A stretch of 58,684 nucleotides of DNA, counting the filler, from Sphacelaria rigidula (taxonomy: Eukaryota), in the NCBI GenBank assembly GCA_964200075.2. It is 8 parts of 8 records of this genome, joined end to end, with 100 filler letters (N's around TTAATTAATTAA, not from the genome) between each part and the next. Parts side by side here need not be neighbours in the genome. Positions count along the whole stretch, not along the records: positions 44,091 to 51,337 come from CAXNAA020015781.1; positions 51,438 to 58,684 come from CAXNAA020015782.1; 6 more parts are not named here. One strand, given 5' to 3'. Position numbers and translations under genes: made by a program. How positions within the stretch are numbered: position 1 is the first letter of the stretch; each line of letters starts with the position of its first letter. Shown piece by piece: positions 50,410 through 58,684 of the stretch. The notes beneath the pieces are model-generated. The model was not told where the DNA came from and did not search any database. It saw only the letters and a list, made by a program, of their open reading frames with translations.

Positions 50410-53400
50410 CTGTGATGCCGGCAAGATGGACGTCATCGGCGGTGTTAGTCGAAAAAACGGCTGGAAAGGGTAGCAAATATCGAGTTGATCGCGTCGGAGT
50501 CGGAATTTCCATTGATACGAACTTCTTGAGTCTACTACTGTCCCGCCATCATTACATGTACATATCTCTACCCACTTGTCGTCAGTTTCCGCGACTGTTG
50601 GACACAACGAGTATATTTGGCGGTGGCGGGACCGTCCCGGTCCGAGTCAAGCTACGCCACACCGTACTTCAGGCAGGAGACCAAAGACACAAGCAAAGGG
50701 TGGAAGGTAACACGCTGTAGTAAACAAATATTACGAAATGGCATAGTGTACAACCACTCAGTCGCCGCTCGATGTAATAGCAAAGGTTTAAGTTTGCAGC
50801 CAATAAGGAGACGGTACGTACAAATGGCGACACTCTGTCCCCGTATGGCGCCCCGTCGCTTCGATACCCTCCGACTACTACATCATCAGTATTTATGCGG
50901 GAGTCCTGTGTAGAAGCGAGGATGATCGCGCATCTGTGTTGTGGTAGCTTTGACCCGGTTTCAATCGAAAGGCGTTGTTGTAACGATGTAGCGATATAGG
51001 CTAGGTGGTTTTTTTTTGGGGGGGGGTCGGGAGATGTGGGCCGCCAGTGTTGTTTAATGTAACCCAATCTGATACATTACCTCCTGCGCCTGCAACGTCA
51101 CAGATGATATTGAAACTCATAGGCGCTCTCGTGAGCGGAAGAATGTGCATGTTCTACACGCTGGGTTCGAATTGGGAATCGGGTGAGTTCGATCTGGATC
51201 CGGATAGACACGCAAGTCCTCGCACTCGCCTGTACCGTGCATGACAGGTAGATAGAAGAAAGTCAGTATACTCCCCGTACGTGAAAAAGGGGGCGGGATG
51301 CTGCGGGGGGGGGGGGGGGGGGGGGCGTCGAGCTCTTNNNNNNNNNNNNNNNNNNNNNNNNNNNNNNNNNNNNNNNNNNNNTTAATTAATTAANNNNNNN
51401 NNNNNNNNNNNNNNNNNNNNNNNNNNNNNNNNNNNNNATTTTGAAGGGCGCTGATTGGCTGAGACACATTTTCGTCAATAGCGCCACCGCTACGGCCTCA
51501 AACAAAAATCCGGCTATGTCAGCCTCTTCGTCTCTTCATTGCGGTCAGTATGATACCATATATGCGACTATTGGGTGCGTATTGCGGAAGGCATTTGCTG
51601 ATGACACAATTTTGAGTGATCACCGTGAACCAGCCTGTATCCGGATTCACATGGCCTGGTTTGCATTCAAAGCCCAATATTGCTTCAGCAAGTGGGAATT
51701 GATGTACACAAACACACGCGACTCGCGGCACTCGCAGCATGTATTTCGTGAACGAAGCACCCCCGGTCTAAATCTAAACCAAAGATTTGCCGTTAATTAA
51801 TGGTGATGCGTGTGTAGAAAAGCACGATACGGCCCTGCGCGATCCTCTCACATTTGACAAGAGGCCACAGCGGGCATGATAGTGGCGCGTTGGAAATTCG
51901 GAAGATGGGTTACTTTCTTGTATATTTGTCGCTGTAGTCCAGCCATCAGAGGGTGGGAGTGTGTGCAGTGTGTTGTGGGGACGGGGATCAATATTTGAAT
52001 GCCACGATATATGATGGTACTGTTCCAAGCCTCACAACGCCAGAGTTACATGTAGCACCATGGAACTGACACCACTAAAATTGGTGGTTCGTATATATGA
52101 ATGTGCAATAGACGTTTCAGTCTTGCAGGGCAACTTACGATACTGTACTTTTACACCAATACCATTGGACATGCCTACCCCTAGCGTGCCACTGTTTCAA
52201 GGGCACTGACCCGACCACAGCGGGGTGCCTGCCTGCCCTAAATGCGCATACCATATAGTTGCACATATTTTCGTTGTCCTTCTGCAGCCATGGGGCGTCT
52301 GTGAATATCGATGCGTCTGAGTCGAGAATGACAAGGGACGGTTACGAAAGGGTTAAATTTATCACTTGCTGCTTTTTCACCACCGCGTGTCGTACCACTG
52401 CTGCTGATGGCTTTAGAATTGGGGCTGGCTCTCTCGTGTTTCATTGCAACGGTCTGCGACAGTATCGTCCGCGATGTGAAAAAATGGTCGCAGGTTTTGA
52501 GGACAAGCGTGTGTAGATTTTAGTGGAGGAAGCCCGCGTGAGACATGACTGAAAGTTGGCTGTTTAGCGGCAAGTACGAGACAAACATTTGCGCCTACAG
52601 GCTGGTCTCACTATAAGACCCCCCAAATGAGGCTGCTGAGTGTTCGCTCGATTTCGTTGTGACTACAAGACCTGGTTAAATTTAGGGAGGAGAGGGTACT
52701 GAGCGATCACAGCCCACACCTTGTGGTGTGGTGTTTCCACTACTTTCTTTGAAGTTGTGTCGATTTGAGAGAATTTCCGCACTTCGGATACGCTTTTTCA
52801 TCTCCGAAAAAAAAACGAAGAGAAAAAAGAAGACACTAGGCGTAGTGTTCGAATGGTCGGTGCGCTTCTCTTCACAAAATATCAGGTCCTGGGTCTCGAA
52901 CCTCGACTGAAAAATTCCACGATATGTAGATTTCCAAGAGCGTGAAATCCCATTCGTGATTGTGGATGTTTTCCCACAATATTTGTTGTAACAATAGCTT
53001 CCGAATGGTGACGAGTTGGGAGCTTGAACTGGTATCGCTGTTGTCGCTTTGATGTGAGCTACACGTCCACCGATCTTAGGCGCAATCGGGCAAAGATTCG
53101 GACATGTCGATTTCGCACCGAAACACCAACGGGCACCACCACTAGGCCGTATTTGGAGTTCCCAAGATAGTTTGAAGTGATGCGCATGTGATCAGAGCAC
53201 GCGGCGCACTCCAGGTCGTGTAAAAGGTTGCAGGGAACCTTCTTGTTGTGATACTGTTTGCTGCTGCTTCGTCGTACGTGCGCCGGAGACACTTGGATCA
53301 TAGTACGGGAAGGGTTGCACATTTGGGCCCAAAGCTTTCTCAGTCAGGGACTCCGAAAGTTAGCGGCTACACAAGAAAATATGTCGGGACATTTCCGTTT

Positions 53401-53834
53401 TCGAATCCGTTGGAGAAATCCCAAGCCCGTTGGGATGCTAATCGTGGCGTGCTCTCGCATATTTCAGGGGTCGTTTTTGGGATGAGATAGAGAGCACCTA
53501 ACAATCCGAACCCCAGAAAGTTCCGTATGTGCGCACCCCTATCGCAGCACCGGTCACTTGTCGGAAGAGCTGTAGTCAAGCAATGGGACCAGCGTGCGTT
53601 GTACACGTTGTTTGCATTTCAAGCATATCGCAAAAAAACAGTCATCGCTCGTTGTGTTCAATGCTGGTGTTTTTTTTTTTTACACTCACGCGTTGCGATA
53701 ACCGCTACGCGGGTCGCTCGGTATCTAAAACGTGAATCATGACTGACTCGCATCCATCCCACTGTCGCGCTGTTCTGTTGTGGTGATGTGGCGGTACTGT
53801 GTGATCTGGTGGTACACCGTTTCACCATGGGCAG

Positions 53835-54002
53835 GATCCTTGTTTGGGCTTTGGTGTTCAGATTTGAGAAGATGTCGCTGTCCATCTTCGCGGTAGTGAC
53901 CGTGATATGTTCCGGACTGCTCTTGGCCAGCTGGGGACAGACTGATTTCTCTGTGATGGCGTTGCTCATGATACTGGGAGCTTCGTGCTTTTCAGGACTC
54001 AG
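53835..54002 (+). CDS. SLC35C2-like (TPT/nucleotide-sugar transporter family) internal exon
   Basis: ILVWALVFRFEKMSLSIFAVVTVICSGLLLASWGQTDFSVMALLMILGASCFSGLR resembles the SLC35C2 FxLE and GASFxxGxRW region. gcag| acceptor. Confidence 0.85.
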
Positions 54003-54654
54003 GCGAGTTGTCTTGAAAAGTTTCTTTGTCTTCTTATCGAGAGCTAGCTATACACGTCAAGGACGTACGTACTGTTCTCCCCCAGAGTTTGCACGACACT
54101 GCATGTATTGTGCGTATTCGGAGCTCGACTGCAAAATCCAGCCTGAGGCTACAGGCTGGGCCGCCTAAGAAGCTCCCTTTCCTTCAGCCCTTTCTAACTG
54201 ACGATATATCGCGAGCTATGCCTACTATGACAAGTCGCGGTGATTTGCAAATCAGAGCGCGTCTGTCAATCCGCGTAGCACTGCAATCCGGCAAGTTCCC
54301 ATCAAACAAAATACCAACCTGTGGTCAGCTGCGAAGTTTAGAGCGTTGAGGGTAACGTGTGTGGCGGAATTAGGGGGGGGGGGGGGGCGGCTGAAAGTGT
54401 ATTTTTTGGTCACAGTCGGTTGTGCCGCGGCCGCAAAGTGGTGGTGCTGCACAAGTTGTGATTGTACAACGATGCATGTCGTACTGTAGGCGTGCAGTGT
54501 CTGAAATGGCACGTAAGTAAGGCCTCCAACGCGCCAAGGCGTCTGATAGTAGTGTGAAAACCGGTGAGCAGTTGGTGAAGAAAGCTTGTAGAGAACGTCA
54601 AGGTTCCGGCTGAGGTTGTTGTACTCCAAAGTAAGTCAACCGGTTCTCAACAGA

Positions 54655-55215
54655 AAAGCGCGGTTGCGCTGCTCAATTTTGAGTTGTTTTCCATGAAATT
54701 TGACACAATGTACATGAGGTATGTGCGAAGTTCCTGTCGTTTTCCCCCTCTTTTGTTTTTTTCGTGAGTTATTGGTGATGGAAATTTCACAATTTTTCCT
54801 GGTACAAAAGCGTCGACAACTCATTAAAAGAAAGTCAAGGGGGGGGACAATATGGTCTCTACGACATACCTCATGCACATCGTGGCGGAATTTCGTAGGA
54901 AATGACTTGAAATTGAGCAGCATAACCGCGTTTCACTTTTTCGTGGCTGGTCCATCTCCACGTAGGAACCGGTCTTCGGCACGATGTACAGAACGCATGT
55001 GCGAAGACTCCATCATCTTCCCCCTACATCTTTTTCTTTCTCGGTGAGATATTGGCGACTGAACATTTCACAACATTTTTTTCGGAACTAAATCGTGAAT
55101 AACCCACGAAAAAAAATGTTGAGGGAAGATAATGGGATCTTCGCACATACGTCCTGTACATCGTGTCGAAATTTCATAAAAAAAACGATCCAAAATTAAG
55201 CTGCATAACCGCGTG
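54655..55215. mobile_element. Two adjacent related foldback MITEs (~54655-54933 and ~54975-55215) in the transporter intron
   Basis: cgcggttgcgctgctcaattt..aaattgagcagcataaccgcg in the first and cacgatgtacag.acg.atgtgcgaaga..tcttcgcacatacgtcctgtacatcgtg in the second. Confidence 0.7.
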
Positions 55216-55267
55216 TTCACATTCCTGTCCGCGTCTTGGGTGGCCCAGCCTCTACTTCTCACGTATA

Positions 55268-55292
55268 ATATATATATATATATATATATATA
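55268..55292. repeat. (TA)n microsatellite
   Basis: Direct observation. Confidence 0.9.
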
Positions 55293-56204
55293 CATAACGT
55301 GAAAAACTGACTGCCTTTTGGTCCTTGTGCGTCGTTTCACGCCCTGAAAAAGGGCTAGACGGATGTTGGAATGACTTGCAATGCGAGCTTGACTGGCCAA
55401 GGCTCTGTCGCTACAGTCCGCAGGCCACGCGCGACTCAATTTTTTTAATTTCGGGATAAAATTGTGATTCCAATTTCCACCGACATTATTGTTTCTTGAA
55501 AGTACGAAGCGGCCTGAGCCGATTGTTCACGTTGCATCATGCTGCTGTTTTACACGGCATTTGTCAGTAGCCATCGTCACGTCCCCCTCGGCTTCGTATC
55601 CATGTACAAGTTTGACGATCGCATGAACTGCGTCTTGGATTTATACGGTGGTGGATGAACGAGTTCTAGTGCCCGTTGACACTCGACAAAAATAGCTCAC
55701 TGGGCTGGGATCGTGCGGTAACGCAGGATCCTGACTGTTTCCTCCCAACCGTCTGGCTCCAGGTCCATACGGATTTCATTGTTTCCAAAAACATGCCGTT
55801 TGAATACCACCCAGTGATTCGCAGTACAGAAACACCTTGCCCTGTTCAAGAGGCATATGTATCGATTTCGCACTGTCACCAGCCGAATTTCTATCGCCTT
55901 CATGCAAACCCTGGAAAGAAGAGGGGGGAAAGAGCACACCCTGTAAAGCTAGCTGGAGCTTCAGCTTGGTCGCTTCTCAAAACTCCCATCTCCAAGCGCG
56001 CTTCTCGGCCCCAACCGTGATTGACCCGTCGCCGTGGTTGAACGCGCAATTTTTTATTGTTGAAACAAATGTGAAAACTGCTTCTGCAATCTTGGAAGAA
56101 AAGTGATGGAAGTGACGCGTAAGTACATGGCCGTTCAGAAAGGTTTTCGTCCTCTTTTTTTTTTTTGCCAAGAGATGACCGCCATGTGCGCGCTAAACAT
56201 GCAG

Positions 56205-56436
56205 GTGGGCCTTGGTGCAGGTCCTGCAAACTCTGGAGTCGCACTGTTCGAGCCCCATGGTGGTTATTTACTACATAGCACCCCCGAGTGCAATTGTCAT
56301 GACCCCCGCGGCTCTGTTAGAATTTTTTGTGAAGTACGACGAGAGCAGCTCGGCAGTGACCCCTGCGGCCCGCGGAGAGGTGCTGCTGTTGATCGCCGGA
56401 GCTGGTTTATTCTCCTTCATGCTTATTTTTGCTGAG
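56205..56436 (+). CDS. SLC35C2-like transporter, next exon
   Basis: gcag|G TGG completes GLR-WALVQVLQ..SPMVVIYYIAP..GAGLFSFMLIFAE. Donor GAG|GTGAGA. Confidence 0.85.
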
Positions 56437-58684
56437 GTGAGACTTGGTTTGTCCCCCGCCCCCCCCCCCCCCCCCCCGCTAGGCGACGTTTCGAGTAAGA
56501 GTTCATCCCCTAGTTTTGCAGCTGGAGTACAGTCTCTCAAGGTGGAGATCGTTGTTGAAAGCGGGTTGAAGTGGTCGTTCTATGTAATTTTTTCACTGTT
56601 TTGGTACAAGTACCGTGAATGATACATCTACTTTTTCCGTACTGTTTCGCTGTTGGTGAAAACTTACCTTAAAAAAAATGCACGCATCAAATCACATGCA
56701 ACATGTCGCTCACAACACACACTCAACATGCTGTGAGGGGGTCACATATTTTTGCGGACACGTTACTACTCCTCTCCCGTGTGTAAAAGCTCTGCGCGTT
56801 GGTAACTAGCTCCCGTTCTTCCTGTTGGCGAACAATGATCGCAAATCATGTTGTGTTGTATGCACAGTCGACTTCCTCGTGCCGGCCACGTGCCGACGAT
56901 AACATATCTCTGAGTCATCTGATGCAGCGAAAGTTACTCAAGTCATGATCAACTGCAGACAGAGTGACGACACGGGCAGCTAGCAGGAAGTAGCGGTATG
57001 AGATAGAGATGATTGTTCGCAGTTCTGTGGTGAGGATTCGGGTCGTGAACAGCCTGGGAAACGAACCATGGTGGGAGAGCCCTCTCCGCCATTAAGCAGT
57101 GAACGCCCGCCACGATGAATGCAACAATTATAATAGCAATGCTTCCCGTCGATCTGTATCCTTATCTCTGCGCTGTATGCTATATGTCTTCTTCCAAGTC
57201 TTGTTTGTCGTATTGAAAAGGAAGCTCACCTGCAAACATGTAGCTGTCGTACAATCATTGTGTTCAGTACGTATAAATCGCCGGGGCACTGATATCCCCC
57301 CACCCGGCTTCAAGCAGTTTGGGGCTTGCCCCGGGCACCCGGTGGTGAAACCGGATCATAATACGAGCTGGGCCGGCCATCAGTGATTTTTAAACGAAGA
57401 GTGGAGATGCTTTTGGCAGTTCGAAGAGTTAAGCGCTGAAATTTTGACACATCTTTATCAATCTGCGCAACCCTGTAAGGGGTGCAGAGGAAGAAAAAAA
57501 CCCGGAAGTTAGAGCAAGTTGAAGTTTCAGCAAAAACAGAGGAAAATGCTGTAACTTCATCAAAAAATGATAAAAACGATGACAACGCTGCGTCACATAC
57601 GGGTACTCGCGTCAACCACATCTTTGTATATTTTCAGCCAAAAAAATACGTAAAATCGGGCTTCGCGTGGCACTTTTTGTGTGACCCCGGTAGTCAAACT
57701 GATAAAATAGCCTCAAATGACACAGGTCACGAGTTCGAATCCCGACACGAAAAAAAACGTTTTTGTGTGCACACTAATCGTGCATGCTCTGTCGTACCTC
57801 TGGGTTGCAAAGGGTCTCGATGTTTTGGTGGTGGTCTTGCTTTTGGGGGGGGTATAGCGCAGCTTCAAGTAGTACTTCTCCATCGTGCGGTGATATACGA
57901 CAGTTGCCTCGGAAGTTCTCTCCCATTGTGGAGCTTATGACGAGCTTGATGCCACCTTGCAGCACGACCAGTGTGTTCTTTCCTGGGCATGTCAGGTGTG
58001 CGTGTGCCTATGCGGCGCAACGGTCTATCGTAATTCCACCGCATTTTGTGAAACAAAACATTTCCAGACACGCTATCGCGCGAATAATTGAGACGTACTC
58101 GATACTCAGTACAGTACAGTACAATATTATCATCGCCGAAAGTGCACCAATCGAGCAGCGGCGGTGCCTCATGTTGCCAGGTCAGTCTGCAGTTCACAGC
58201 AATATGCTCAGGTCGTGCTGATTTGGCAAACTTGAAGAGTTGTGGTGACGACAGAGAATGCTGGGTTGACTGCCGGCCCAGCTCGTATAGCTCTCGTTGC
58301 ATAATTATTGTACACGAGTATTTTTAAAAAGTAATCAAGGCATGAGAATATGAATATTCGGCGCCAAGCTGATGCTGCTGTGATGTGGGATTGGTGACGA
58401 GTGACCGATGTCCGGTGGTGAGAATAATGTACGATGCATCGCACATGATGAACATTCTGTGAAGAGCGCTGTAAAAAGTAGATTGCGATAAGAGCGTCTA
58501 GAGTTATGCCCAGGAGCAGGAGAGATGTGGGGACTGGTGTGAAGTGCAAAGTGGGGACTGTCGTCGGGCACCGATTCTCGTTCTCCCCTTCCCCCCCCCC
58601 CCCCCCCCCCCCCCCGCGTCGTAGTCCCCCCCCTCCTCCGTGCTATCAGGGGTGTTGGCAGCGTGGCGGTTTTTTTTGTACTTT

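Noticed and set aside
57683-57755. tRNA-like sequence (GAGTTCGAATCCC)
   Set aside because: Only a box-B-like motif is convincing. There is no cloverleaf and no second copy in the window.

Overview
Eukaryotic draft-genome sequence. The taxon is probably a brown alga or related stramenopile, inferred from the intron-rich genes, the repeat types and a flagellar CEP41-like gene. The window is not one locus: it is eight size-sorted contigs (7249, 7249, 7248, 7248, 7248, 7248, 7247, 7247 bp) joined by artificial 100-nt spacers (N44-TTAATTAATTAA-N44). Spliced gene fragments I could reconstruct are the last two exons of a CEP41-like rhodanese gene, a 3-4 exon low-complexity gene of unknown function, the last two exons of a single-pass membrane protein, and two exons of an SLC35C2-like transporter joined by a GC-AG intron. 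There is also a spliced, divergent SET-domain gene or pseudogene preceded by a possible methyltransferase-like segment, and a second decayed SET-like remnant. Most other sequence is transposon debris: a Tc1/mariner pseudogene interrupted by a tRNA-derived SINE, an old Copia-like LTR element, nested foldback MITEs, ~100-bp TTAA (piggyBac-type) MITEs, and a 2.26-kb PIF/Harbinger-type element with a 3 x 526-bp tandem array that interrupts a reconstructable ORF. All family assignments come from manual motif recognition, with no database search.
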